DNA of 64,000 nt, taken from assembly GCA_022766785.1 (NCBI GenBank), contig JALEOL010000024.1, forward strand, positions 14,153 through 78,152, given 5' to 3'. Numbering within the stretch: the stretch's first letter is position 1; every line of letters begins with the position of its first letter. Positions 28,450 to 39,021 of this stretch are shown piece by piece. Origin of the DNA: Oscillospiraceae bacterium (lineage in GTDB: Bacteria > Bacillota > Clostridia > Oscillospirales > Ruminococcaceae). Below the pieces are notes generated by a model that worked only from the letters and a program-made list of their open reading frames with translations, was not told the DNA's origin and did not search any database. Position numbers and translations under genes: made by a program.

Positions 28450-29097
28450 TCAGCCCTGGTAATAGTTCATCTTCTTTTCGGCGAAATTCAGCAGCAGCGT
28501 CACGATGCCGGTGAACAGCAGGTAGAATGCCCCGACGTAGAACAGCGGCCAGATAATGGACTTCTGGGCGATGATGTCCTGCGCGGACTTTACCAGCTCA
28601 ATGACCGAAATAACGCGTGCCAGGGATGTGTCCTTTACCAGCGTTATGATCTCGTTGCCCATCGGCGGTACGATCCGCTTTATCACCTGGAACAGCACCA
28701 CCCTGAAAAAGATCTGCGTCTTGGTCATGCCAAGCACCTGACCTGCCTCATACTGTCCTTTCTGAATGCTCTCTATACCGCCGCGGTATATCTCGGAGAA
28801 ATAGCAGGCGTAATTGATAATAAACGCCACGATGACCGCAAGAAGTCTGTCAAACTTAATATCAAGCCCCAAAAGCCCTGGTCCGTAAAACACCAGGATT
28901 ATCTGGAGCATAAGCGGAGTGCCGCGGATAATCCACACAAACACCTTGAATATCCACTTCACCGGCTTCAGCTTTGACATCGAGCCAAAGGTTATCAGCA
29001 GTCCCAGCGGCAATGCGCCCAGCAGCGTTATGCCGAATATCTGCAAAGTTGTCACAAAGCCTTTGGCAAGGTTCATCGTTACTTCAAGAAAAGACAT
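28450..29097 (-). CDS. Polar amino acid ABC transporter permease
   Basis: RGTPLMLQ, SEIYRGGIESI.KGQYEAG, LVKDTSL. Confidence 0.95.
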   Translation of the reverse strand: MSFLEVTMNLAKGFVTTLQIFGITLLGALPLGLLITFGSMSKLKPVKWIFKVFVWIIRGTPLMLQIILVFYGPGLLGLDIKFDRLLAVIVAFIINYACYFSEIYRGGIESIQKGQYEAGQVLGMTKTQIFFRVVLFQVIKRIVPPMGNEIITLVKDTSLARVISVIELVKSAQDIIAQKSIIWPLFYVGAFYLLFTGIVTLLLNFAEKKMNYYQG

Positions 29098-29172
29098 TAT
29101 TTGACCTCACATCTTAAAACAGAAGCAAGGGTGGGGCAAAACCGTCCCACCCTGCTTGTCGGGTTCAGTTGA

Positions 29173-30093
29173 TCAGTTATCAAATGCGTATACGCCGCCC
29201 AGACCGTACTTCTCGGCAAGTGCCTTGAGTGTGCCGTCAGCAACCAGCTCGTCGATAGCGGAGTTTACTTTCTCCACAGTTTCGGTGTCGCCCTTTCTGA
29301 GACCTACTGCATACTCCTCGGGAGCAAGCTCAATGCCTTCAACGATCATCAGGTCGGAGTAATCAGTGCCCTCGCCAACAGACGCGATCGCCATTACATA
29401 GTCGATAACGCCGACCTCGATAGTGCCGGACTTCAGTTCAAGCAGAACGTCCTTCTGAGCGGAAGTGGGAATATACTCGTTCTGGGAAAGCACGCTGTCA
29501 GCCTTGATAGCGCTCTCGCCTGCGGAGCCGCTCTCTGCCGCGCAGGAAGCGCCTGCCATTGAAGCGATATCGGTGTACTTGTCAGCATTCTTGGAATTGA
29601 TGACAACAACCTGCTTGTTTCTTACATAGGACTTGGAGAATGCCATATTCTCCTTGCGATCCTCGGTAACGGTAAGCCCGTTCCAGATAGCGTCGATGTT
29701 CTTGGAGTTAAGCTCAAGCTCCTTCTGCTCCCACTCGATCTCCTGGAATACCGGCTCAACGCCCAGCTTCTCGCATACAGCCTTTGTGAACTCGGTCTCA
29801 AAGCCGGTAAGCTCGCCGTTCTCGTCATAGTAATTCATCGGCTCGAATAGGGTGATTCCTGCAACGAATGTGCCCTTGTCAGCTATGTACGCCCAGTCGC
29901 CGCCCTCGGAAGCGGTGGAGTCTGCGTCAGAAGCCACGGAATCAGCAGCGGAGCTGTCTGCGCCGGATGCCGCAGAATCAGCTGCGGAGCTGTTGTCGGA
30001 AGCTGCGGAGCTGTTGTCGGAAGAAGCGCAGGAGCACAGTCCCACGGACATAATTCCTGCTAAAAGCATTGCTGCGATCTTTTTGATTTTCAT
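29173..30093 (-). CDS. Amino acid ABC transporter substrate-binding lipoprotein
   Basis: Lipobox LCSC, Ser/Ala/Asp repeat linker, SBP_bac_3-like domain; start MKIKK after AAGGAG. Confidence 0.92.
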   Translation of the reverse strand: MKIKKIAAMLLAGIMSVGLCSCASSDNSSAASDNSSAADSAASGADSSAADSVASDADSTASEGGDWAYIADKGTFVAGITLFEPMNYYDENGELTGFETEFTKAVCEKLGVEPVFQEIEWEQKELELNSKNIDAIWNGLTVTEDRKENMAFSKSYVRNKQVVVINSKNADKYTDIASMAGASCAAESGSAGESAIKADSVLSQNEYIPTSAQKDVLLELKSGTIEVGVIDYVMAIASVGEGTDYSDLMIVEGIELAPEEYAVGLRKGDTETVEKVNSAIDELVADGTLKALAEKYGLGGVYAFDN

Positions 30094-30148
30094 ATTAGGT
30101 TTTCCTTTCTCCTTGTGAATGTGTTTATTTCTCTTCTGCACGCCGATA

Positions 30149-30310
30149 ATACTAATAACCATTTGAACTCAGGAAATCTTTGCAGAAATCCAGCACCGCT
30201 CTCGTCGTCAAAGAAACTTGACGTACATAAAGTACGCCTGCGTTTCTTTTCCTAGATATCGGCACTGTCTTTCTGCAAATCTTTTCCTTCGTTCAAACGG
30301 TTATTAGTAT
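30149..30310. repeat. 162-bp palindromic interspersed repeat/MITE, copy 1
   Basis: Ends ATACTAATAACCATTTGAAC / GTTCAAACGGTTATTAGTAT; 8 substitutions versus copy 2. Confidence 0.9.
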
Positions 30311-30463
30311 AAGACATGCAATCACTTTCTTATGATAGCACATTCAAGCGATTTTGTCAACCTTTTGGCAGGAAAAATATGCGGCAGTTAAGCGGCGGTT
30401 TTTGTGAGTTTCCACAATGAAAAGGGACTGCGGACAGCTTTTACATCCCCACAGTCCCGTTTT

Positions 30464-31162
30464 TTACCTTTTGATCTGCCCGTAGTAGGCGTTTGCGCCG
30501 TGCTTCCTGAAATAGTGCTTGTCCAGAAGCTCCTGCTGCATGGGCTGAATGCCGGGATACATCATCTGGTCGTGCCACGCCATGAACGCCAGCTCCTCCA
30601 GCACCACCGCGTTGTGCACCGCGTTATCCGGGCTTGTCCCCCAGGCGAACGGCCCGTGGCTGTGCACCAGCACCGCCGGGATATCCTCCGCAGGCTTATC
30701 CCTGAACGTCTCCACGATCACATTTCCGGTCTCCTTTTCGTACTCCCCTGCGATCTCCTCCGGGGTCATCTTCCGGGTGCAGGGTATCTCGCCATGGAAA
30801 TAGTCCCCGTGGGTAGTCCCAAGCGGCGGTATCCCCCTGCCTGCCTGTGAATACACCGTAGCCCACCGGCTGTGGGTGTGCACCACTCCCCCGATCCCCG
30901 GGAACGCCCGGTACAATACAAGATGCGTCGCCGTGTCGGAGCTTGGCTCAAGCTCTCCGTCCACGCGCTCACCGGTCATGAGGTCTACCACCACCATGTC
31001 CTCCGGGCGCATTTCGCAATACTCCACGCCGGAGGGCTTTATCACCACCAGACCCTTTGCGCGGTCTATTCCGGACACATTTCCCCAGGTGAATGTCACC
31101 AGTCCGTGAGCCGGAAGCTTCATATTCGCCCGGTAAACCTTTTCCTTTAATTCCTCTAACAT
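30464..31162 (-). CDS. araD: L-ribulose-5-phosphate 4-epimerase
   Basis: [37 protein letters not shown]. Confidence 0.95.
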   Translation of the reverse strand: MLEELKEKVYRANMKLPAHGLVTFTWGNVSGIDRAKGLVVIKPSGVEYCEMRPEDMVVVDLMTGERVDGELEPSSDTATHLVLYRAFPGIGGVVHTHSRWATVYSQAGRGIPPLGTTHGDYFHGEIPCTRKMTPEEIAGEYEKETGNVIVETFRDKPAEDIPAVLVHSHGPFAWGTSPDNAVHNAVVLEELAFMAWHDQMMYPGIQPMQQELLDKHYFRKHGANAYYGQIKR

Positions 31163-31182
31163 AGCTGCTCCTTCCCGGCAGT

Positions 31183-32091
31183 TCAGCAGGCTGCCGATGT
31201 TTCCTTTTCCTTTTCGTTATCGTGATTTGCGCTGAAAATATCCGCGACCTCGTTTATCGTGATGTACGCCGACGGGTCAACGTCATGGACGATAGACCGC
31301 ATTTTGCCTATCTGGAAGCGGTTCACGACAAAATAGATCAGCGTTCTGTCGGTGCCGGAATATCCGCCCTTTGCCGGTATCTCGGTTATTCCGCAGCCAA
31401 AGCCCTCGCTGAGCGCCCTGCCGACCTCCTCCGGTCTCACCGTCACGATGAACGCAGCCTTGGAACGGCTGATACCCTCGACGATGAAATCCAGCGTTTT
31501 CAGCGCCGCATAGTACGCGATAATGGAGTACAGCGGAAGCTCCCAGCTTGCGAACACAAAGCCGCAGACTATGTACAGTATCACGTTGTAGATCATCACG
31601 AACGTGCCGACCGTCATTCCCAGCCGCTTTGAGAATATCACCGCCAGCACCTCGATACCGTCCATTGCGCCGCCGAACCGCACCGCAAGTCCGCTGCCTA
31701 CGCCGGAGATAAGTCCGCCGAACACCGCGCACAGCAGCTTATCGTCCCCGGCAAGAGGGGAGCTTGTCGCCACGTCGATCGGCAGGACGTAGGTTATAAG
31801 CCATGAGAACAGCGAATAGCACGCCACCGCGTAGCTTGCGTATATCGTGAACGCCAGCCCCTGCCGTTTCAGCCCGTACAGGAACAGCGGCAGGTTCAGC
31901 ACCAGCAGGAATATCGAAAGCGACAGGTACTCCGGCGTGACATAGCCAAGCAGCATGGACGTTCCCGAAATGCCGCTGTCGTACAGGTTGACCGGCATCA
32001 GGAACACCGTGATACCGAACGCGTTGATAAGTCCGGCAAGCGTCAGCATGATAAAGTTGACGAAGCTCAGTTTTTTCAGTTCATTCTTCAA
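31183..32091 (-). other. YitT family membrane protein
   Basis: DSGISG, LVLNLPLF, GGAMDG, C-terminal DUF2179-like IVHDVDPSAYITI; TTG start after GGAGG. Confidence 0.88.
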
Positions 32092-32144
32092 TGGTATTCC
32101 TCCCTGTGTCACCGTGTCAGTTATCTCATGTTAAAACGTCGTGC

Positions 32145-33086
32145 TCAGCGCATTCCAAGAAACAGGTTCCTGAAATCCTCCGCCGTGTATGTATAAGCCA
32201 GCGCCCACATCGAGCGCATGACCGCATATTCCGTCGTCATGCCCTCCGCCGGTATCGCGCCGGCTTTCAGAGCCTTTCTCCCCACCTCGTAGACCGTAAG
32301 ATCACAGCCGCCGCCGTGCACCTGGGTGGTCATTATCACCCGGACATTGCAGGAGATCAGCTGCTCTATCACCCCGGAAAGCCCCTCGGGCACTCCCCCC
32401 ATGCCGAAGCCCTCGATCACCAGCGCATTGACATGAGTTCCGAAGTCATGCACCATTTCCGCGGAAATACCCGGGGTGAGCTTCAGCACTGCGGCGCTGC
32501 TGTTCAGCCGGTTATAGAACACCGTTCCGCCGTCCGGCTCGCTTCCTCCGGCGCAGAATTCGCCCACCGTCTGCTCGTCCTCCGGGGTAAACCCACGGTA
32601 CGCGTCAAAATCATGGGTGTGCACCTTTCGGGCGGCTCTGCCGTTTATCACTCTGCCGTTAAAGCACACCCAAATCCCTCCGCTTCCCATAACAGCACAT
32701 TGGAATGCGTCGCCGAGGTTCCTTTCGGCGTCCGTTCCCTGGGTTTTCGCCGGAAGCTGCGCCCCGGTAAACACCACCGGCTTATCGGCGTGCTGGATAA
32801 GGCAGCTCAGCGCCGCCGCGCCATAACCCATGGTATCGGTGCCGTGAGCTATTACGAACCCGTCGAAGTCCTGCCAGCCGTCGCGAATGATAGAAGCAAG
32901 CTGCGTCCAGTGCTCCGGAACAAGGTTCGTACTGTCCAGCGAAAACGGCTGCACGGCGTGTATCTCCGCTTCCGGCAGGACAACCCCGGAAAGCAGTTCA
33001 CCTGCGGACAGCTCCGGCACAAGTCCCTCTGGGGAAGGCTCGCTTGCGATAGTGCCGCCGGTGGCGATAAACAATATTTTTTTCAT
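32145..33086 (-). CDS. ansA: L-asparaginase (type I)
   Basis: ATGGTIAS, HGTDTM, TGAQLP. Confidence 0.9.
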   Translation of the reverse strand: MKKILFIATGGTIASEPSPEGLVPELSAGELLSGVVLPEAEIHAVQPFSLDSTNLVPEHWTQLASIIRDGWQDFDGFVIAHGTDTMGYGAAALSCLIQHADKPVVFTGAQLPAKTQGTDAERNLGDAFQCAVMGSGGIWVCFNGRVINGRAARKVHTHDFDAYRGFTPEDEQTVGEFCAGGSEPDGGTVFYNRLNSSAAVLKLTPGISAEMVHDFGTHVNALVIEGFGMGGVPEGLSGVIEQLISCNVRVIMTTQVHGGGCDLTVYEVGRKALKAGAIPAEGMTTEYAVMRSMWALAYTYTAEDFRNLFLGMR

Positions 33087-33297
33087 ATTACTCCTCCATA
33101 TCAGCTGCCGCAAACACAAACAGTCCTGTCACCGCCGTAATTATCCCCGATTTGACAGTGCTGCTGACTAATTTTGCCATTTATCGCTTCAAAAAAGCAC
33201 CGGACACACGCAGTTACACGCACCGGTAAGTGCGCCATTGACACAAATGCGTGTTATCCAGTGCCTTGAAAAATAACCCGTCTGCGAAAAATCAAAA

Positions 33298-33558
33298 TCA
33301 CCTGGGTTCCACGATGAATTTCATCGCTGTGCGCTCGTCCCCGTCGATATCCACGGTGGTGAACGCCGGAATGCAGATGAGGTCAACGCCGACCAGAGCC
33401 ATGTAGCTGCGCGCGATAGCGATCGACTTCACCGCCTGGTTTGCCGCGCCTGCGCCCACCGCCTGCACCTCAACCTCGCCGTTCTCTCTTATAACAGCGG
33501 CGATCGCGCCTGCAACTGATTTAGGCACAGAATGCGCCGAAACTTTTACGATCTCCAT
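33298..33558 (-). CDS. spoVS: Stage V sporulation protein S
   Basis: MEIVKVSAHSVPKSVAGAIA...AVGAGAANQAVKSIAIAR...IPAF. Confidence 0.93.
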   Translation of the reverse strand: MEIVKVSAHSVPKSVAGAIAAVIRENGEVEVQAVGAGAANQAVKSIAIARSYMALVGVDLICIPAFTTVDIDGDERTAMKFIVEPR

Positions 33559-33589
33559 AATATCACCATTCACCTTTCGGTAGTAACAC

Positions 33590-34363
33590 TCACTGAATGA
33601 TCTGCCTGTATCTTTCGATAGAAACGCACTTTCCTGTTTTCGCGTCGATATCCAGCAGAACACCGTTCAACTCAATTTCTCCCCCGGCAAATTTATGCCG
33701 CTTCGGGTAATAGGTCAGGAAGCGCTCGATTATGATGTCCTTTTCCACGCCGAGTATCGAGTTTTTCGGTCCGGTCATTCCCACATCAGTGATATATCCC
33801 GTGCCGTCTATCACCTGCTCGTCTGCGGTGGTGACGTGGGTGTGAGTACCCAGCACCGCAGATACCCGCCCGGCGAGGTAATAGCCAAGCGCCCGTTTCT
33901 CCGAGGTGGCCTCTGCATGAAAGTCCACGATCTTTATCCGCGCGGTACAGCTTTCCAGTATTCTGTCAATGCAGCGGAACGGATTTTCCAGCGGCTGCAT
34001 GAAAGTAGTCCCCATGAGATTTATCACTGCAATGGAATATGCGCCGCGATCCAGCAAGCACATTCCCCTGCCGATAACATCGTCGCCGTAATTCGCAGGG
34101 CGGATAATGCGCTCGTTCTGATCCCACTCCGCCTCCATTGTTTTCTGGCGGAAGCAGTGGTTGCCGGTGGTGATAACGTCCGCGCCGGCTTCGAATATCG
34201 CTGCGGCAGAGGCAGGATTTATGCCGTTGCCCTCCGCGGAGTTCTCGCCGTTCACAACGACTATCTCCGCGCCGAGCTTCTGCTTAATGCCGTGCAGCTC
34301 CTTTCGCAGAGCCTCGCAGCTGTTCATTCCCACCACGTCGCCGATAAAAAGGATCTTCATCAT
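33590..34363 (-). CDS. ymdB: YmdB-like metallophosphoesterase (TIGR00282)
   Basis: FIGDVVG, NGENSA, TGNH, DFHAEATSEK, GTHTHV. Confidence 0.92.
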   Translation of the reverse strand: MMKILFIGDVVGMNSCEALRKELHGIKQKLGAEIVVVNGENSAEGNGINPASAAAIFEAGADVITTGNHCFRQKTMEAEWDQNERIIRPANYGDDVIGRGMCLLDRGAYSIAVINLMGTTFMQPLENPFRCIDRILESCTARIKIVDFHAEATSEKRALGYYLAGRVSAVLGTHTHVTTADEQVIDGTGYITDVGMTGPKNSILGVEKDIIIERFLTYYPKRHKFAGGEIELNGVLLDIDAKTGKCVSIERYRQIIQ

Positions 34364-35643
34364 CTGTAGATGATCTGATCTCTGCCGGGACCTATTCCAA
34401 GGAACTTGATCGGGCAGCCGCACAGCTCTTCAAGGCGCTTCACATAAGCCTGTGCCTTTTCGGGCATATCCTCAAAGCTCCTGCACTTTGACAGATCTCC
34501 CTCATAGCCCTCGATCTCCTCGTAAACGGGGCTGCACTTCGCAAGCTCCTCCAGGGTCACGGGGAAGTCCCTGAGCGTCTCGCCGTCGGTGGTCTTGTAC
34601 GCCACGCAGACCTTGAGCGTGGGGATCCCAGCCAGGGTATCGAACTTGTTTATCGCAAGGGAAGTAAGCCCGTTCACACGGACAGCATGCCGCATGATGA
34701 CCGCGTCGAACCAGCCGGTTCTTCTGGGGCGGCCGGTGGTGGTGCCGTACTCGCCGCCGCGCTCGCGGATAAGGTCGCCGGTCTCGTCAAACAGCTCGGT
34801 GGGGAAAGGCCCGTTGCCTACTCTGGTGGTGTAGCTCTTGCCAACGCCGATGACCTCGTCTATCATCTTCGGACCGACGCCAGTGCCAACGCAAGCGCCG
34901 CCTGCAATGGGGTGAGAGGAAGTAACAAACGGATAGGTACCGAAATCAATGTCAAGCAGAGTAGCCTGCGCGCCCTCGAACAGCACCTTTTTGCCAGCCT
35001 CGTAAGCCTCGAAAGCGATCACGGACGCGTCCGCCATGTACTTTGCCAGCTTCTCGCCGTAGCCCTTGTATTCCTCATAAATCGCGTCAAGATCGCACTC
35101 TTCGCCGCCGTAAACCTTTGTGATGATAAGGTTCTTCAGCTCGCCGGTCTCCTTTATCTTCTTCTTCAGCACCTCGGGGTGAACGAGGTCGTACATACGG
35201 ATACCGATACGCTCAGCCTTGTCGGTGTAGCAGGGACCGATACCTCTGCCGGTGGTGCCGATATTCACGCCGGTCTGCTTCGCCTTGAACTCCTCGGAGA
35301 GCCTGTCAAGCAGCCTGTGCCAGGGCATGATGATGTCTGCACGGGCATCTATGCGGAGATTGTCGCAGGTAACTCCGCGCTCGTTCATATTCTGTATTTC
35401 CTCAAGAAGAACGGACGGGTCAACCACAACGCCGCTGCCGATAAGGCAAAGCGTCTCGGGGTAGAGTATTCCGGAGGGGAGCAGGTGGAGCTTGTAGACC
35501 TGGTCGCCGTGAACTACGGTGTGACCTGCGTTGTTTCCGCCGCTGGAGCGTACAACGACATCAGCCTGTGCCGCCATGATGTCGATTATCTTTCCCTTGC
35601 CCTCGTCGCCCCACTGGGTTCCGACAATTACACTTGATGACAT
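34360..35643 (-). CDS. purA: Adenylosuccinate synthetase
   Basis: QWGDEGKGK, GGNNAGHT, GTTGRGIGP, EYGTTTGRPRR. Confidence 0.97.
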   Translation of the reverse strand: MSSSVIVGTQWGDEGKGKIIDIMAAQADVVVRSSGGNNAGHTVVHGDQVYKLHLLPSGILYPETLCLIGSGVVVDPSVLLEEIQNMNERGVTCDNLRIDARADIIMPWHRLLDRLSEEFKAKQTGVNIGTTGRGIGPCYTDKAERIGIRMYDLVHPEVLKKKIKETGELKNLIITKVYGGEECDLDAIYEEYKGYGEKLAKYMADASVIAFEAYEAGKKVLFEGAQATLLDIDFGTYPFVTSSHPIAGGACVGTGVGPKMIDEVIGVGKSYTTRVGNGPFPTELFDETGDLIRERGGEYGTTTGRPRRTGWFDAVIMRHAVRVNGLTSLAINKFDTLAGIPTLKVCVAYKTTDGETLRDFPVTLEELAKCSPVYEEIEGYEGDLSKCRSFEDMPEKAQAYVKRLEELCGCPIKFLGIGPGRDQIIYR

Positions 35644-35804
35644 TTGATGATCCTCATTTCTGAAAATAGAGTAGTCGGGAAAATGCAACCATAATCCCAC
35701 ATATTAATATTATATCACAACAGGGTAATGAATTCAAGGTTTTTTTGAGATTTTTTCTTGATTCAAGTAAAAATTCCGTCCCGGAATGAGCGGAATACGG
35801 AAAA

Positions 35805-36176
35805 CTACTGTTTCCTTTGAGTTTTTATGATCGTGTAAATATCAACCCATTCAGAAAATGTGCATTTATCAAACACCTCTACGACCTCATCAATATTGTA
35901 CGAAAATTCTTGATGTTCAATAACGTTGTACTCTTTTAAATATTTTTTTGCATACATTAATCCATCTTGGACGGAGCATTCATTTCCAGCAAAAAATCTA
36001 TTGAATATTTCCATGAAAATTTCATAGTATGCCGGGTCTGCTGTTCCATCGTCAGCCCAGATGTAGGGATTTAAATTACCAATGTAGTATATATATTCTT
36101 CGCTTTTGTCCTTATCTGTGAGCCATTGTTTATCAAGATAGGAATAAATACATAGCAAAATTTCATATTTGGTCAT
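35805..36176 (-). CDS. AT-rich hypothetical protein
   Basis: 123-aa ORF with RBS GGGGAG and own TTGACT-17-TATAAT promoter (36243-36215). Confidence 0.7.
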   Translation of the reverse strand: MTKYEILLCIYSYLDKQWLTDKDKSEEYIYYIGNLNPYIWADDGTADPAYYEIFMEIFNRFFAGNECSVQDGLMYAKKYLKEYNVIEHQEFSYNIDEVVEVFDKCTFSEWVDIYTIIKTQRKQ

Positions 36177-36284
36177 TTATTGATCTCCCCCAATAATATT
36201 TTTTTCAACATTTTATTATATCACAAACTATCCATAAAGTCAAAAAGAGGGAAGTTTTCACTTCCCTCTCATATGAAGTTATTA

Positions 36285-38411
36285 TCAGCCCTGTGCCTGA
36301 GCCTTTCTCTTAGCCTCGATATCAGCAAGAGCGTCCTTTCTGGACAGGTTGATACGACCCTGCTGGTCGATCTCCATTACCTTGACGATGATCTCGTCGC
36401 CGATGGAAACAACGTCCTCCACCTTCTCAACTCTGTGGTTGTCCAGCTTGGAGATGTGAACCATTCCGTCCTTGCCGGGAGCGATCTCCACAAATGCGCC
36501 GAAGTTCATGATCCGAACGACCTTGCCCTTGTAGATAGCGCCGATCTCGGGCGGATTTACGATCGTGGAAATAACCTGAACACAGGCGTTTGCCTTGTCC
36601 AGATCAAGACCGCAGATGAATACGTTGCCGTCGTCGTCGATGTCGATTTTAACGTCAAAGTCAGCACACAGCTTCTGAATGATCTTGCCGCCCTTGCCGA
36701 TAACCTCGCTGATCTTGTCAACCGGAACCTTGGTGTGGATCATCTTGGGAGCGTACTTGCCGACAGTCTTTCTCGGCTCCGGAATAGCCTTGAGCATTAC
36801 CTCGTCAAGGATATAGTCGCGTGCCTTGTGGGTCTTTTCAAATGCATTCCTGATGATCTCCGGGGTCAGACCGTCGATCTTTAAGTCCATCTGGATAGCG
36901 GTGATACCGTCGTGGGTGCCGGCTACCTTGAAGTCCATGTCGCCGAAGAAGTCCTCAACGCCCTGGATATCAACCATTGTATCCCATCTGTCGCCCTCGG
37001 TGATAAGACCGCAGGAGATACCTGCGACCGGCTTCTTTATCGGAACGCCGGCGTCCATGAGCGCCAGTGTAGAACCGCATACAGAACCCTGAGAAGTAGA
37101 ACCGTTGGAGGAAAGCACCTCTGATACAAGACGGATAGCATAGGGGAACTCCTCAACGCTGGGGATAACCGGGAGCAGCGCACGTTCAGCCAGCGCGCCG
37201 TGACCTATCTCACGTCTTCCGGGGCCTCTGCTTGCCTTGGTTTCGCCGACGGAGTATGCCGGGAAGTTGTAGTGGTGCATATAGCGCTTGCCCTCTTCCT
37301 CGTCAAGACCCTCCAGCTTCTGGCTGTCGGATACGGGGCCGAGGGTGCAGATTGTCATTACCTGGGTCTGACCTCTGGTGAACAGACCGGAGCCGTGAAC
37401 TCTGGGCAGCATGCCGACTTCCGCAGCAAGGGGACGGATCTCGTCCATCTGTCTGCCGTCAACGCGCTTGTGATCGTCCAGCAGCCAACGGCGCACAACG
37501 AACTTCTGGAGCTTGTAGATAGCCTCGTCGATCATGCTGATCTTCTCGGGATAAACCTCGTCGAACTTCGCGTGGATCTCGTCAACAATGGGCTTCAGGC
37601 GCTCCTCACGGATATTCTTGTCGTCGGTGTCGAGAGCATAACGGATCTTCTCGATAGCGAAATCGGAGATCGCATCGAACATATCGTGGTCAACTTCCTG
37701 TGACTCAAACGCGAACTTAGGCTTGCCTATCTGCGCCTGAATGTCCTTGATGAACGGAATGAGGGACTTCACGATCTCGTTGTGACCTGCCATGATAGCG
37801 TCGAACATAACGTCGTCGGGAACTTCGTTTGCGCCTGCCTCTATCATTACGACCTTCTTCTCGGATGAAGCAACGGTGAGGTTAAGATCGGACTTAGCTC
37901 TCTGCTCAAGGTTCGGCATGAGAACTATTTCTCCGTCTACCAGACCAACGCTGATACCGCCGATAGGCCCGTTCCACGGAACGTCAGAGATCGAAACCGC
38001 GATAGAAGCGCCGATCATTCCGAGAATTTCCGGCGAGCAGTCGGGGTCAACTGCGAGAACAGTCATGGTGATAGCTACGTCGTTTCTCATGTCCTTCGGG
38101 AACAGCGGACGCATAGGGCGGTCTACCACACGGGAGGTGAGGATCGCCTTTTCGCTGGGTCTGCCCTCTCTCTTGAGGAAGCCACCGGGGATCTTGCCGA
38201 CAGAATACAGCTTCTCCTCGTAGTCAACGGAAAGGGGGAAGAAATCCACGCCGTCACGGGGCTTTGCGCTTGCAGCCACGTTTACCATAACGACTGTCTC
38301 GCCGTATCTCACCCAGCAGGAGCCGTTTGCAAGACCGCACACCTTGCCGGTCTCAACAGTAAGCTCTCTGCCTGCGAACATCGTCTTGAAAACTCTGTAA
38401 TTTTCGAACAT
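36285..38411 (-). CDS. pnp: Polyribonucleotide nucleotidyltransferase
   Basis: DFFPLSVDYEEK, FTRGQTQ, RREIGHG, GDMDFKVAG; KH and S1 domains. Confidence 0.98.
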   Translation of the reverse strand: MFENYRVFKTMFAGRELTVETGKVCGLANGSCWVRYGETVVMVNVAASAKPRDGVDFFPLSVDYEEKLYSVGKIPGGFLKREGRPSEKAILTSRVVDRPMRPLFPKDMRNDVAITMTVLAVDPDCSPEILGMIGASIAVSISDVPWNGPIGGISVGLVDGEIVLMPNLEQRAKSDLNLTVASSEKKVVMIEAGANEVPDDVMFDAIMAGHNEIVKSLIPFIKDIQAQIGKPKFAFESQEVDHDMFDAISDFAIEKIRYALDTDDKNIREERLKPIVDEIHAKFDEVYPEKISMIDEAIYKLQKFVVRRWLLDDHKRVDGRQMDEIRPLAAEVGMLPRVHGSGLFTRGQTQVMTICTLGPVSDSQKLEGLDEEEGKRYMHHYNFPAYSVGETKASRGPGRREIGHGALAERALLPVIPSVEEFPYAIRLVSEVLSSNGSTSQGSVCGSTLALMDAGVPIKKPVAGISCGLITEGDRWDTMVDIQGVEDFFGDMDFKVAGTHDGITAIQMDLKIDGLTPEIIRNAFEKTHKARDYILDEVMLKAIPEPRKTVGKYAPKMIHTKVPVDKISEVIGKGGKIIQKLCADFDVKIDIDDDGNVFICGLDLDKANACVQVISTIVNPPEIGAIYKGKVVRIMNFGAFVEIAPGKDGMVHISKLDNHRVEKVEDVVSIGDEIIVKVMEIDQQGRINLSRKDALADIEAKRKAQAQG

Positions 38412-38574
38412 TGCATTATTTCCTTTCAATAAAATATCGTTTTTACTGAAGGCACAGTGATAGCAATTAAAGTCAATATCCGGCTGCCCGGATACTCAAT
38501 TTAATGCTAAGACCTGCGCCTTAGTAAAAAAGGCAGCACTGTTTCGTGCGCAGCGCTGCCCTTTTCTCCATAGA

Positions 38575-38841
38575 TTACTTACGGATACCCAGCTTAGCGA
38601 TGATTGCACGATAGCGCTCGATATCCTTCTTCTGGAGGTAGTTCAGAAGGTTTCTTCTGTGACCTACCATCTTCAGAAGACCACGGCGGGAGTGGTGATC
38701 CTTCTGGTGAACCTTGATGTGTTCAGTCAGCTCGTTGATCCTCTTGGTGAGGATAGCGATCTGAACCTCGGGAGAACCGGTGTCCTGCTCATGCAGACGG
38801 TTAGCCTCGATAACGGCTGTCTTTTCTTCTTTTCTTAACAT
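38575..38841 (-). CDS. rpsO: 30S ribosomal protein S15
   Basis: [13 protein letters not shown]...[14 protein letters not shown]. Confidence 0.98.
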   Translation of the reverse strand: MLRKEEKTAVIEANRLHEQDTGSPEVQIAILTKRINELTEHIKVHQKDHHSRRGLLKMVGHRRNLLNYLQKKDIERYRAIIAKLGIRK

Positions 38842-39021
38842 AAAAACACCTCATTTTATTTATTCCGGTATCGCAGCAGAGGGACATAGGTGCGTTAAGA
38901 TCCGCTCTCCGGGAAACCGGTATGGTCGTGCACATGCACAACATATGTATTATATCACATTTTTTCAGCTTTGTAAATAGGTTTTTTGTATTTTTTCAAA
39001 AAAAGTCTGATTTTTTCCGGG

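Noticed and set aside
29920-30025. Tandem repeats in the substrate-binding protein gene, and low-complexity tracts at ~42350-42570 and ~46700-46990
   Set aside because: They encode ordinary Ser/Ala/Thr/Pro linkers of surface proteins.
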